Notes under the pieces: generated by a model | What the model saw: the letters and a program-made list of their open reading frames with translations, nothing else | Told to the model about the DNA's origin: nothing | Database searches by the model: none | In this document: one piece after another, positions 28,827 through 38,036 of the stretch | Layout of the letters: each line of letters starts with the position of its first letter | Position numbering within the stretch: the stretch's first letter is position 1 | Position numbers and translations under genes: made by a program | From: Bacillota bacterium | GTDB lineage: Bacteria; Bacillota; SHA-98; UBA4971 | Direction: 5' to 3' | Assembly (NCBI GenBank): GCA_012842395.1 | Contig: DUSX01000018.1 | Span: 62,116 to 126,115, forward strand | Length of the DNA stretch: 64,000 nt

Positions 28827-29633
28827 TCAGCGAGTGTCGACAGTGATGCGCATGTCGAGGCCGACGATTTCTCTGCCAAAGCGCTCGATGATGGGCCCTA
28901 CGATCTTTTCGACGGCGCGCTTTTGTTCGAGATCCGCGACCTCGCCGCGGAGGACGATTTTGCCGTCCGCAGTCGAGACCGACACACGTTCTGCGAGCGA
29001 CGGGTGATCGCCCAAAGCCCGCTTGATTTCGTAGGCTGCCTCCTGTGGTACCGGAGCTTGCCGGCGCGGACCCATGCCCGCATGGCCGTTATTCGGCTCT
29101 GGGACTTCCTCGTGACTGGCGGGCTCATCCGTTGCCGCCGGTATGACTTTGCCCCCACGGCCCACTGCGACCGGGCTAGCAGGAGGAGTGTCGCTGTTAA
29201 CTCTGATGTGACTCACCACTTCTTCGACTCCGCGCGCCCTCGAGGCTGCGGTGATGGCAGCCTGCTCCGCGACGGGGGAGTCAGCTTTCCCGTACAGGTG
29301 GACCGTGCCCCGCTGGCTCTCCGCGTAGATCTGGCCTGTGTCAACCTTGGGATCGAGCCTAAGCTCTTCGGAGACTTCGAAAGCCACGTCGGCGTCGGTG
29401 ATGGCCCCGTCTGTGCACACGGTGAGGTCGTTTTCCACCGCGACGACTCCATCGACGCCTGACGCTATTTCCTCGGCTCTTGCTTTCTCCGCGAGCACGT
29501 CCACAATGCCCCCGAGGTGAACAACACCATCCCGGGCGGTCACGTTTATCTCATACCCCTGGAGCCCTGCGTCGTCTCGAATGGCCTTCAGTACTTTCAC
29601 GGTGAGTTGGCGGTCGCGCTCATCGATAGCCAC
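28827..29633 (-). CDS. BON-domain protein (OsmY-like, three BON repeats)
   Basis: Repeated VxVxxGxVxLxGxV BON motifs (VTARDGVVHLGGIV, SQRGTVHLYGKADS, STADGKIVLRGEVAD). Confidence 0.65.
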   Translation of the reverse strand: MAIDERDRQLTVKVLKAIRDDAGLQGYEINVTARDGVVHLGGIVDVLAEKARAEEIASGVDGVVAVENDLTVCTDGAITDADVAFEVSEELRLDPKVDTGQIYAESQRGTVHLYGKADSPVAEQAAITAASRARGVEEVVSHIRVNSDTPPASPVAVGRGGKVIPAATDEPASHEEVPEPNNGHAGMGPRRQAPVPQEAAYEIKRALGDHPSLAERVSVSTADGKIVLRGEVADLEQKRAVEKIVGPIIERFGREIVGLDMRITVDTR

Positions 29634-29707
29634 AGTCTCGCCCCCGCTTCTGGACGAGTTCTCCCAAACGGGTTCTCAGACAATAGTATTCCCATCCTGC
29701 CGGGGGG

Positions 29708-29815
29708 CTAAGTATGTCGCCAAAAGTTCACGCCACTTTTCGGCGGAGGGGTCGTGCCTAAGGCTATCGGTGTTGCCATCCGGGGACGGCGCGCTTGCGG
29801 CGCGCCTCACGGCGC
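29708..29815. repeat. Truncated MITE-like element (left TIR plus about 90 bp of core)
   Basis: CTAAGTATGTCGCCAAAAGTTCACGCCACTTTTCGGCGG...CCTAAGGCTATCGGTGTTGCC is about 90% identical to the first 110 bp of the copy at 58797. No right TIR. Confidence 0.6.
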
Positions 29816-29969
29816 GACACCTTCAACTGGGACATTCATGAGGCCAAGTAGCGGGCAAGGGGGGTATTGCAAATCCGGCCGGGACGTGCTAAACTAAATT
29901 ACGCGAGCGGCGGATCGCCGTGTTGCCGTGGAGTTCCGCCGCAGGTGAGCGAAGCAAGCAATGATTCGA

Positions 29970-30044
29970 GCGGAAGTGGCTCAGGGGTAGAGCATCGCCT
30001 TGCCAAGGCGAGGGTCGCGGGTTCAAATCCCGTCTTCCGCTCCA
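29970..30044 (+). tRNA. tRNA-Gly (anticodon GCC)
   Basis: 75 nt. Acceptor GCGGAAG/CTTCCGC. Anticodon loop CTTGCCAAG. Encoded CCA. Confidence 0.9.
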
Positions 30045-30068
30045 TAATTTATATATCTGGGGCTGTGG

Positions 30069-30142
30069 GGCGACATAGCCAAGTGGCAAGGCAGCGGTCT
30101 GCAAAACCGCTATCCCCGGTTCGAATCCGGGTGTCGCCTCCA
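30069..30142 (+). tRNA. tRNA-Cys (anticodon GCA)
   Basis: 74 nt. Acceptor GGCGACA/TGTCGCC. Anticodon loop TCTGCAAAA. Encoded CCA. Confidence 0.9.
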
Positions 30143-30529
30143 TTATTGTGTACCGCCTGGTAGCCGACCTCTTGGTAGTCACTACCACTTTTCGATTTCC
30201 AGCTGTTTGGACCGCGAGACCGTTGCCCCTAAACCAACCTAAACGGGACCAAGGACTTCCTCCTGATGACGAAACCATGTTTCATCAGGAGGTTTTTGAT
30301 ATGGCAGAAGTCCTTCGGGTTGACAAGCGGCTTCCGGACACTTGGGAGGCAGCGCTCCCGCATTTCTTTCAATCCCGCATCCTCTCCGACCAGTGCGAAT
30401 CCCGGCGCGCAGGCGGGAATAGCCCGCGCTCGGCCGGGCCCTCCGCGGTCAGGTGGCTCCGTGGAACGGGTTCCCGCGCGTCTGCATAGGATAGGGTGGA
30501 CTACCAATTCGGGAGGAGGGGACACGATC

Positions 30530-30778
30530 GTGGAGAACGCTGCCCAGACGATGAAAGCGATGGGTGCCCGTACCGTGTTCCACTGCGTTTTCAGAGTCGG
30601 CGAGCACCAATACTTCCTCGTCGTCCAGGACGAGGTTCACGAGGTTGTCACCATAGTACGGTTATCGGCTGACGAATTCGCCTTCCTCAGGCGGCTCGGT
30701 ATTCCCGAGTGCAGGGTCATTGAACCGATGGGTTCCGCAACGCCGGGAATGCCCGGTATAGGTGGCGTACCGTACTGA
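30530..30778 (+). CDS. Small hypothetical protein (about 83 aa), paralogous to the next gene
   Basis: GGAGG RBS 10 nt before GTG 30530. Core VFRVGEHQYFL...FAFLRRLGIPECRV shares the VFRV-E-QY-FLRR-G-PE motif with ORF 30821..31018. Confidence 0.4.
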   Translation: MENAAQTMKAMGARTVFHCVFRVGEHQYFLVVQDEVHEVVTIVRLSADEFAFLRRLGIPECRVIEPMGSATPGMPGIGGVPY

Positions 30779-30820
30779 TGTCGCGCCACTAGGGAAATGT
30801 TGTGAGGGGGGCAGACGTTC

Positions 30821-31018
30821 ATGGATGAAGTCACCGCTCTTCGCCAGACGATCGGCGGTGTGGCGGTCACGCCGTTCATCTTCAGCATAGCCCCGGTGGG
30901 ATTCTTTGTGGCGCTTGTCCCGAGGGGCTCGGGGAACATCTCTGTTTTCCGGGTGTCCGAGCCCCAGTACGTGTTCCTGAGACGGGTCGGTGTTCCGGAA
31001 GTCGTTGTGTTCATGTGA
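30821..31018 (+). CDS. Small hypothetical protein (65 aa), paralog of 30530..30778
   Basis: GAGGGGGG RBS before ATG 30821. VFRVSEPQYVFLRRVGVPEVVVF motif. Confidence 0.4.
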   Translation: MDEVTALRQTIGGVAVTPFIFSIAPVGFFVALVPRGSGNISVFRVSEPQYVFLRRVGVPEVVVFM

Positions 31019-31263
31019 TAGAGAGCGAGAGCGCTCGGCCCCGACGCGGACCGACCGTGCTCAGGTGAACCGTGCTCAGGCGATATGAGGCTGCCCGCTG
31101 GTGTGCCCCGCCGCACGGCCATGAGCGCACACGCGAGATGACCGCGGCCACATCACGCGCCCGGGCCGCGGCCATCTCGTGCTTGACAAACGTCACGAGG
31201 TTGCCTAGAATATGGTTGTGCACAGGGCGCTGCGGTGCCCTGAAGCTAGTAGACTACCGAAGT

Positions 31264-31340
31264 GCGGCGTTAGCTCAGTTGGCTAGAGCGCAGCGTTGAC
31301 ATCGCTGAGGTCGCTGGTTCAATTCCAGCACGTCGCACCA
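31264..31340 (+). tRNA. tRNA-Val (anticodon GAC)
   Basis: 77 nt. Acceptor GCGGCGT/ACGTCGC. Anticodon loop GTTGACATC. Encoded CCA. TTGACA-N17-TAGAAT promoter at 31183-31211. Confidence 0.9.
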
Positions 31341-31393
31341 TTTTTGTGCCCCGCGCCTGGACGTTCCGAAGCCGCCAAGCGTAGCACCCGGCT

Positions 31394-32542
31394 GTGCTTC
31401 CCACTGGAGGATTGACAGGAAGTCGGCCGTACGGCGTCGCCCTGGGTGGCGCTTTCCTTTTGGCCCTACCCGCTTCCGGTTCCGCTGCTAAGGAGGAAGA
31501 CGCTCTCACTTCGGTAAGAATGCGTGCGATCCTGGAGAAAGCCGGGAAAGTCGCCGGGGACCGAGGATGTCGCGCGGGCGTCCCCAGGCGAGCTGCGGAA
31601 GGGTGCGGGGAGGTGGTGGAGTTGGCATCAGGGCTACGCGAAGTAGCTTTGGTGGTATTCTGGTTCGTGGCGGCGTGGTGGGGATTGTGGACGGTCCTCG
31701 CACTCATAGCAAGGGTGCGGCTGCTCTTCGCGTTCATGCTCGGCTTGGGCGTCCTCTGGGGCTCGCTCGCGTTCAGCCTCGCGGGCTCGGTCTTATCGTT
31801 TCTCCTGATCATCATTCCCATCTTCATCCTTCCGAAAATGCCGAGGATCATTCCTGAGTATCAGCGCGGCGTGCTGTTCAGGTTCGGGCGGCTAGCAGGG
31901 GTGTTGCGCCCCGGCCTCAATGTCATCTTTCCGTTTGGCATCGATAAGCTGTGGATGGTGGACCTGCGCACGTTCACCATCGACGTTCCAAAACAGGAGA
32001 TCATAACCCGCGACAACGTCCCCGTTATCGTGGACGCGGTCGTTTACTTCAACGTATACGAGCCGAGCCTCGCCGTGACCAAGGTTGCGAACTACGTTCA
32101 GAGCACCACGCTCCTTGGTCAAACCATCCTCCGCTCCGTTCTCGGGCAACACGAGCTCGATGACATGCTTGCCAAGCGTGAGCAGCTGAACGAGGAACTG
32201 AGATCTCTCCTGGACCGGGCTACAGATCCTTGGGGCGTGAAAGTGTCGGCAGTGGAGATAAAGGCAGTTGAGCTTCCCGAGACTATGAAGCGGGCCATGG
32301 CGAAACAGGCGGAAGCGGAGAGGGAACGCAGGGCGAAGGTGATATCGGCGGACGGCGAGTTTGAAGCCGCCGAGAAGCTGCGGCAAGCGGCCATCGTCAT
32401 AGGGAACGAGCCCACAGCACTTCAGCTCAGGTACTTGCAGACTCTGACCGAGATCGCGATAGAGAAGAACTCCACGATCCTCTTCCCCTTGCCGATGGAG
32501 ATCTTAAGGTATTTCGGCGCCCGGCCCGAGACACCGGCCTGA
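31394..32542 (+). CDS. SPFH/band-7 (stomatin/prohibitin-like) membrane protein
   Basis: SPFH core RGVLFRFGR...TRDNVPVIVDAVVYF...KAVELPETMKRAMAKQAEAERERRA, preceded by a hydrophobic anchor. The start is uncertain; ATG 31520 or a later GTG is possible. Confidence 0.7.
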   Translation: MLPTGGLTGSRPYGVALGGAFLLALPASGSAAKEEDALTSVRMRAILEKAGKVAGDRGCRAGVPRRAAEGCGEVVELASGLREVALVVFWFVAAWWGLWTVLALIARVRLLFAFMLGLGVLWGSLAFSLAGSVLSFLLIIIPIFILPKMPRIIPEYQRGVLFRFGRLAGVLRPGLNVIFPFGIDKLWMVDLRTFTIDVPKQEIITRDNVPVIVDAVVYFNVYEPSLAVTKVANYVQSTTLLGQTILRSVLGQHELDDMLAKREQLNEELRSLLDRATDPWGVKVSAVEIKAVELPETMKRAMAKQAEAERERRAKVISADGEFEAAEKLRQAAIVIGNEPTALQLRYLQTLTEIAIEKNSTILFPLPMEILRYFGARPETPA

Positions 32543-32765
32543 GAACAACGCGGGCGCGGGGCGAGTCATCGAGTCGTCATGTGATGTGGACCGCGGCTCG
32601 TCGCTCGCCGGTGCGGGGGACCGAGCCATCGCAGAGCTTTGCGACTGCTTGGACCAAAGAGGCACGACTGGTGATGGATGGTCGTTCCGGACAACGTGAG
32701 GAAATCGCCCCTGGCTTGACTGTATACGAGGTAGCCGCCGGACATATAATAGTCGGGGAAGGGGC

Positions 32766-33734
32766 GTGATCCTGATGGAGCTCATTGCCATTGGGGTCCA
32801 GGATCACACGAACGTCGTCCGGGACCGGCTCGGCGCCAAGGTCCGGATGCTGTGTGAGAAGGGAATTGAGGTATCAATGACCGAGAGGTCCGCAGGACCT
32901 CTCACGTTTCTGTGCTTCCATTTGCGCGACACGGGCCGAGGCATACCAACCGGGCAGCGCGACCTGGTGCGTTACCACGTCGCCAGCGTCCTCGCGGACA
33001 TGATCGTGAATGAGTTCGCAAGGGGGCTCGTGGCGAAGATGGTCCGCGAGCGCTACCCCTACTTCGACGACGCTGAACAAGAGAAGGTCGTCGTGTGCGC
33101 GACAGCGGCTCTTGCGCGTCAGCACGAGCCCGGTAGAACCGGAGGCACAGTCGGCGAAGGTGGTAGTCGGGACGACGAGTCACGGTGCTTCGCCCGCCGA
33201 AGAAACGATGTGCTCTTCAAGGTGCTTGACTACCTCGAGAACGCCAGCTGTCTGGTTCTTGACGGGTTCATTCGCTTCAGGCTCAAGGACTTCGTCGACG
33301 AGCTGCGTGAAGCCACGGACGCTGCGGTCGACGACTACATGATAGAGCGCGAGTATAACGAGTTCATCCGGCTCCTCAAGTACTTCGTGGACATCCAAGA
33401 GCCCAAGATCGATGAGGTACACGTGGTCGTGCGGCCCGGCGGCCTCTTTAGGCTGCTGGATAGCCAGGGGAAGGTAGTGGACAACGATTACCTTGAGGGG
33501 CTGGCGCCCGAGCTCGTCGAGACCGACGTGGACTACGAGGACCTCCTCATGAGCGCCCTCATAAGCGTGTCCCCCAGAAGGATCGTTCTGCACTTCGGAA
33601 GAGGCGAGGGAGTCGCGGACACGGTCCGGAGGGTGTTCGAAGGCCGCGTGTCGATGTGCCCTGGGTGTCGCCTCTGCGAAGCTTACCGCGCCAAGGCGCA
33701 CGTTCCAGCAGGCACCCGCACTGACCAGAGCTAG
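32766..33734 (+). CDS. ytxC: Putative sporulation protein YtxC
   Basis: About 320-aa protein immediately upstream of the T-box-controlled thrS, matching the conserved ytxC-thrS synteny of endospore formers. The sequence assignment is from memory of the family, not from a strong motif. Confidence 0.45.
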   Translation: MILMELIAIGVQDHTNVVRDRLGAKVRMLCEKGIEVSMTERSAGPLTFLCFHLRDTGRGIPTGQRDLVRYHVASVLADMIVNEFARGLVAKMVRERYPYFDDAEQEKVVVCATAALARQHEPGRTGGTVGEGGSRDDESRCFARRRNDVLFKVLDYLENASCLVLDGFIRFRLKDFVDELREATDAAVDDYMIEREYNEFIRLLKYFVDIQEPKIDEVHVVVRPGGLFRLLDSQGKVVDNDYLEGLAPELVETDVDYEDLLMSALISVSPRRIVLHFGRGEGVADTVRRVFEGRVSMCPGCRLCEAYRAKAHVPAGTRTDQS

Positions 33735-33827
33735 AACGGGTTTACGACGAGGGTCTGCGGCGCGGTGCTGCAAGCGGGGGCGCAAGTGTGCAGGCGTTGG
33801 CTTGGCGCAAAGGCGCAAAAACCGTCC

Positions 33828-33856
33828 TTGACAGGCCGGAGGGGCGTGTCTATAAT
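33828..33856 (+). promoter_or_regulatory. Sigma-A-type promoter for the thrS leader
   Basis: TTGACA (33828-33833), a 17-nt spacer, then TATAAT (33851-33856). Confidence 0.7.
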
Positions 33857-33862
33857 GGCTTT

Positions 33863-34228
33863 AATAAAGGAGCTGTTTGTGGAAGAGCGATGAGAAGGAC
33901 GAGTACGCGCCACGGCCGATAGAGAGCGGGGGCCGAGGGCTGGAAGCCTCCGCCGGAAGTAGGGCGCCGAAAACCACCTTTGAGCTTCGCGGTGAAAGCG
34001 CGCAGCTTCGCGTGACGCAAGTAGCCGGTGACGGGCGCACCCGTTAACGTGCCTGACGAGAGGGCGCTGTTGGCCATGCGACCAATATCGTACCGAGGGG
34101 TGCGGCCGGATCTGCTGGCTCGCGAGTGGTTCCCTGAAGCAGGGGCCACGGCAGCTGCGCCAATCAGGGTGGAACCGCGGGTTTGCCCCGTCCCTGGGTG
34201 ATTCCAGGGGCGGGGCTTCGTTTTTCGT
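33863..34228 (+). promoter_or_regulatory. T-box riboswitch leader (tRNA-Thr responsive) of thrS
   Basis: T-box sequence AATCAGGGTGGAACCGCGG at 34162-34180. Intrinsic terminator GCCCCGTCCCTGG...CCAGGGGCGGGGC plus TTCGTTTTT at 34184-34225. Candidate ACC specifier in GAAAACCACC. Confidence 0.75.
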
Positions 34229-34248
34229 TTGCCTAATCGAGGATTACG

Positions 34249-36105
34249 TTGAGGAAAGGCCGAGGTGAAGGAGAAGTGGCTCAACCGATTTCTGGTACGC
34301 TTCGCGCGGAATCACAGGGGGACGCAGAGGAGAGAGGCACAGACGCAAGGGTGACGGTGGACCTCGATACCGACGAGGGCCGAGAGATACTCCGGCACTC
34401 TACCGCGCACGTGCTGGCGCAAGCCGTGAAGCGCCTTTTCCCGGAAGTGAAGCTAGCCATAGGGCCTGCAATCGAGAACGGGTTCTACTATGATTTCGAC
34501 AAGCCGGAACCCTTCACCCTCGATGACTTGGGCCGCATAGAGGAAGAGATGCGCAGGATTGTGTCCGAGAACCTGCCGATAGTCCGAGAGGAGATCTCGC
34601 GGGACGATGCGTTGGCGCTCTTCCGCAAGATGGACGAGCCGTACAAACTCGAGCTCATCGAGGACCTTCCGCAGGATGAGGTCGTTAGCGTTTACCGGCA
34701 GGGCGAATTCGTCGACCTGTGCCGCGGGCCTCATCTGGCCTCCACCGGCGAGATCAGGGCGTTCAAGCTGCTCAATGTGGCGGGGGCTTACTGGCGCGGC
34801 GACGAAAAGCGCAAGATGTTGCAGCGCATTTACGGGACGGCGTTTCCAACCGAGGCGGGGCTCCAGGCATACCTTCACGTGCTGGAGGAGGCCGAGAGGC
34901 GAGACCACCGGAAGCTCGGCAAGGAGCTCGACCTTTTCAGCCTCCACGAAGAGGCTGGCGCGGGCCTTGTCTATTGGCATCCCAAGGGTGCCATGATTCG
35001 GAAGGTGATCGAGGATTTCTGGCGCGAGGAGCACCTGAGGCGCGGTTACCAACTTGTGTACTCGCCTCACATAGCCCGGCGCGATCTCTGGGAGATATCC
35101 GGCCACTGGGGTTGGTACCGCGAGAACATGTACTCCCCCATCGACATAGACGGCGTGGAATACCTCCTGAAGCCTATGAACTGCCCGTTCCACATCCTGA
35201 TGTACAAAACGCGGACCCGCTCCTACCGCGATCTCCCCATCAGGTGGGCGGAGCTCGGCACGGTGTATCGATACGAGCGCAGCGGCGTGCTCCACGGCTT
35301 GCTGCGGGTACGGGGGTTCACCCAAGATGACGCACACCTCTTCATGCGTCCCGATCAGCTCGAGGACGAGCTCGTGGGGGTGCTGGACCTTGTGGAGTTC
35401 ATGATGAGATCTTTCGGGTACAAAGACTATGACATGGAGCTGTCCGTGCGTGACCCCGGCAATAAGGAGAAGTACGTGGGGTCGGACGAGGTGTGGAACA
35501 TGGCCGAGGGCGCGCTCGTCGCCGCGCTCGACCGGAAGGGGCTTCCCTACACAAGGATGGAGGGCGAGGCGAAGTTCTACGGCCCTGCCATAGACGTAAA
35601 GGTGAAAGACGCGCTCGGTCGGGGCTGGCAGGGCCCTACGATTCAGGTCGACTTCAACCTGCCGGAGAGATTCGACTTGGAGTACATCGGCGAGGACAAC
35701 TCCCCGCACCGTCCCGTCATGATTCATCGCACCGTTCTGGGGTCCATGGAGCGGTTCGTTGCCGGGCTCGTCGAGCACTATGCGGGAGCGTTCCCAGTGT
35801 GGCTTGCGCCCGTTCAAGTGCGGGTCATTCCCATAGCCGATCGGCACGTGGACTACGCGCGGAAGGTTGCCTCCGAGCTCGCAGATGCGAAGGTCCGCGT
35901 GGAGGTGGACGACCGCAGCGAGAAGATCGGGTATAAGATCCGCGAGGCCCAGGTCGAGAAGGTGCCTTACATGCTGGTGGCGGGCGACAGAGAGGCGGAA
36001 CGCGGGACGGTGTCGGTGCGCTCGCGGGGCCAGGGCGATCTCGGCCCCATGTCGCTGACGGATTTCAAGGCCAGGGTCTTGCGGGAGATCGAGGCGAAGG
36101 TGTGA
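34249..36105 (+). CDS. thrS: Threonyl-tRNA synthetase
   Basis: N2 editing-domain motif HSTAHVLAQAV, class II catalytic motifs and anticodon-binding domain. The N-terminal TGS domain appears short or absent (618 aa). Confidence 0.9.
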   Translation: MRKGRGEGEVAQPISGTLRAESQGDAEERGTDARVTVDLDTDEGREILRHSTAHVLAQAVKRLFPEVKLAIGPAIENGFYYDFDKPEPFTLDDLGRIEEEMRRIVSENLPIVREEISRDDALALFRKMDEPYKLELIEDLPQDEVVSVYRQGEFVDLCRGPHLASTGEIRAFKLLNVAGAYWRGDEKRKMLQRIYGTAFPTEAGLQAYLHVLEEAERRDHRKLGKELDLFSLHEEAGAGLVYWHPKGAMIRKVIEDFWREEHLRRGYQLVYSPHIARRDLWEISGHWGWYRENMYSPIDIDGVEYLLKPMNCPFHILMYKTRTRSYRDLPIRWAELGTVYRYERSGVLHGLLRVRGFTQDDAHLFMRPDQLEDELVGVLDLVEFMMRSFGYKDYDMELSVRDPGNKEKYVGSDEVWNMAEGALVAALDRKGLPYTRMEGEAKFYGPAIDVKVKDALGRGWQGPTIQVDFNLPERFDLEYIGEDNSPHRPVMIHRTVLGSMERFVAGLVEHYAGAFPVWLAPVQVRVIPIADRHVDYARKVASELADAKVRVEVDDRSEKIGYKIREAQVEKVPYMLVAGDREAERGTVSVRSRGQGDLGPMSLTDFKARVLREIEAKV

Positions 36106-36139
36106 AGCGTGCCGCGAAGCGTGCGTGCTGAATCCGCGA

Positions 36140-36787
36140 TTGACCGTGCCCAGTTGTTGTGGTATACTCAAAAGCGCTATGGCCGCCCAGGGCGGGCGGC
36201 TAGGGCGCGGTGTCCCGCGTCACGGGCACCCTCCGCCGCGGACGGGCCGGTTTGAAGGCCGTCGCGAAGCGGATTTGCGAACTGAATAGCCTAGAGGTAT
36301 CAAGTAGAAGCCGTCTGCTTCTCACCTTGCGGCGCCCGCCCACTCGCCGTGGCCGACACGGACACGGATGGGCGAGGGGCGCGAAATCTGGGCTGCCAGC
36401 AAGGTCAAAGGTTGGTGTGGTTTGCACCCGAGTGATGGGGGTGCGGGCTTCATCGCGTTGCGGGTGTTATGCACTGGGCGGGCGGCATGCCCGCCTTTCG
36501 CGTACCGCCAGCGCTTCTTTCGGCTGGGACGGGCGCCATTGCGGCGGAGGTCGCGGCGGTAGGAGCAGGTCGTTCCTGAGGCCCGCGGCAGGTCGACGCA
36601 TTCGCCCGCGAGCCGCCTTACGCCACGTTAAGGTTGAGGCTGTCGGTGTGGTGCAGGCCTCCTCAGATCGCCGCGTTTCTGCGCGTCACCGCGCGGCATT
36701 GAGTGAAGCCTTTGAAAGGAAGGGCAAAACGCGGAAACCGGGGAAGACTGCGCTCTGCGCGAGTCAACAACTTGGGGGTGAGGCACA
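36140..36787 (+). promoter_or_regulatory. Promoter and long 5' leader of the infC-rpmI-rplT operon (candidate L20/IF3 autoregulatory leader)
   Basis: TTGACC-N17-TATACT at 36140-36168, followed by about 620 nt of GC-rich, highly structured non-coding sequence before infC. A long L20-regulated leader is established in Bacillus. Confidence 0.45.
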
Positions 36788-37303
36788 ATCGCCAAAGACT
36801 TGAGGGTGAACGAGGCGATCCGGGCCCGAGAGATCAGGCTCATCGATGAGAACGGGGAGCAGCTCGGGATCATGGTGGTCAGGGAGGGCCTGCGGATCGC
36901 AGCGGAGAGGGGCCTTGACCTTGTCGAGGTTGCGCCCAACGCTAAGCCGCCTGTGTGCCGGTTGCTCGATTATGGCAAGTACAAGTACGAGCAGGCGAAG
37001 CGCGACAGAGAGGCCCGGAAGAAACAGCGGACCATGGACATCAAGGAAGTCAGGATGACGCCCAAGATCGAGGGCCACGATTTCCAGGTGAAGGTGAGGA
37101 ACGCCCAAAAGTTTCTTCAGGACGGAGACAAGGTCAAGGCAACCGTGAGGTTTCGTGGCCGCGAGATCGTTCACGCCGACATCGGCCGCGCGTTGCTCTT
37201 GGACCTCGCTGAGGAGGTCAAAGACTATGGGGTCATCGAGCGAGAGCCCAGAGTTGAGGGCAAGCACATGATCATGGTGCTCGCCCCGAAACAGGCCGGA
37301 TGA
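36788..37303 (+). CDS. infC: Translation initiation factor IF-3, probably initiating at a non-AUG (ATC) codon
   Basis: IAKDLRVNEAIRAREIRLIDENGEQLG...KPPVCRLLDYGKYKYE. In-frame ATC at 36788, 5 nt after RBS GGGGGTGAGG. The first in-frame TTG (36800) is 17 nt from the RBS. Confidence 0.8.
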   Translation: MAKDLRVNEAIRAREIRLIDENGEQLGIMVVREGLRIAAERGLDLVEVAPNAKPPVCRLLDYGKYKYEQAKRDREARKKQRTMDIKEVRMTPKIEGHDFQVKVRNAQKFLQDGDKVKATVRFRGREIVHADIGRALLLDLAEEVKDYGVIEREPRVEGKHMIMVLAPKQAG

Positions 37304-37389
37304 ACCGTGCGCGAAGCGCGTGGATCGTAGATTGAGAAGGCAGCACCTCGCCTTTGTGTGATGTGCGCCCCGAAAAGGAGAGACTTGAA

Positions 37390-37587
37390 GTGCCCAAGGT
37401 CAAGACTCACAAAGGAGCCGCCAAGAGGTTCAGGGTCACGGGTTCCGGGAAGATCATGAGAGACAAGGCTTACGGCGGACATAATACTGGCAAGAAACGA
37501 GGCAAGGTCAAGAGATCCCTGAGGGAACCCGCGGTCCTTGCGCCCGGGGATGCGGCGAGGGTGAAAAGGCTTCTGCACCACGCATAG
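37390..37587 (+). CDS. rpmI: 50S ribosomal protein L35
   Basis: GTG start giving MPKVKTHKGAAKRFRVTGSGKI. Preceded by GGAGAG. Confidence 0.85.
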   Translation: MPKVKTHKGAAKRFRVTGSGKIMRDKAYGGHNTGKKRGKVKRSLREPAVLAPGDAARVKRLLHHA

Positions 37588-37660
37588 AGACCCCTCGCAG
37601 GGTAGGTAAACAAAGCAAGGGCGCAGGCTGTTTGAGGTTGTACCTGAGGAGGAATCTAGG

Positions 37661-38023
37661 ATGCCGAGAGCAAAAGGCGGATTTGTCACTAGGCGGCGGC
37701 ACAAAAAGATCCTGAAGATGGCTAAGGGGTTCACCGGCGCGAAGAGCAAGGTATTCCGGCGGGCTAACGAGGCCGTGATGAAGTCCCTGCAGTACGCGTA
37801 CAGGGATCGCCGTAACAAGAAACGGGACTTTCGAAAGCTGTGGATCGCGAGGATCAATGCCGCAGCGCGTATGAACGGGATGTCATACAGCCGGTTCATG
37901 GACGGCTTGCATAAGGCGGGCGTCGACATAAACAGGAAGACCCTTGCCGAGATCGCTGTAAGCGACCAGAACGCCTTCGGTGAGCTTGTGAAGCTGGCGA
38001 AGGCGAGCGGCGGCGGGCAGTAG
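37661..38023 (+). CDS. rplT: 50S ribosomal protein L20
   Basis: [24 protein letters not shown]... Confidence 0.9.
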   Translation: MPRAKGGFVTRRRHKKILKMAKGFTGAKSKVFRRANEAVMKSLQYAYRDRRNKKRDFRKLWIARINAAARMNGMSYSRFMDGLHKAGVDINRKTLAEIAVSDQNAFGELVKLAKASGGGQ

Positions 38024-38036
38024 CTAAGCAAGGCGG

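Noticed and set aside
36210-36803. 197-aa ORF covering the infC leader region
   Set aside because: It lies within the long non-coding leader between the promoter at 36140 and infC. It has Arg/Gly-rich composition and no RBS. It is more plausibly structured RNA than protein.
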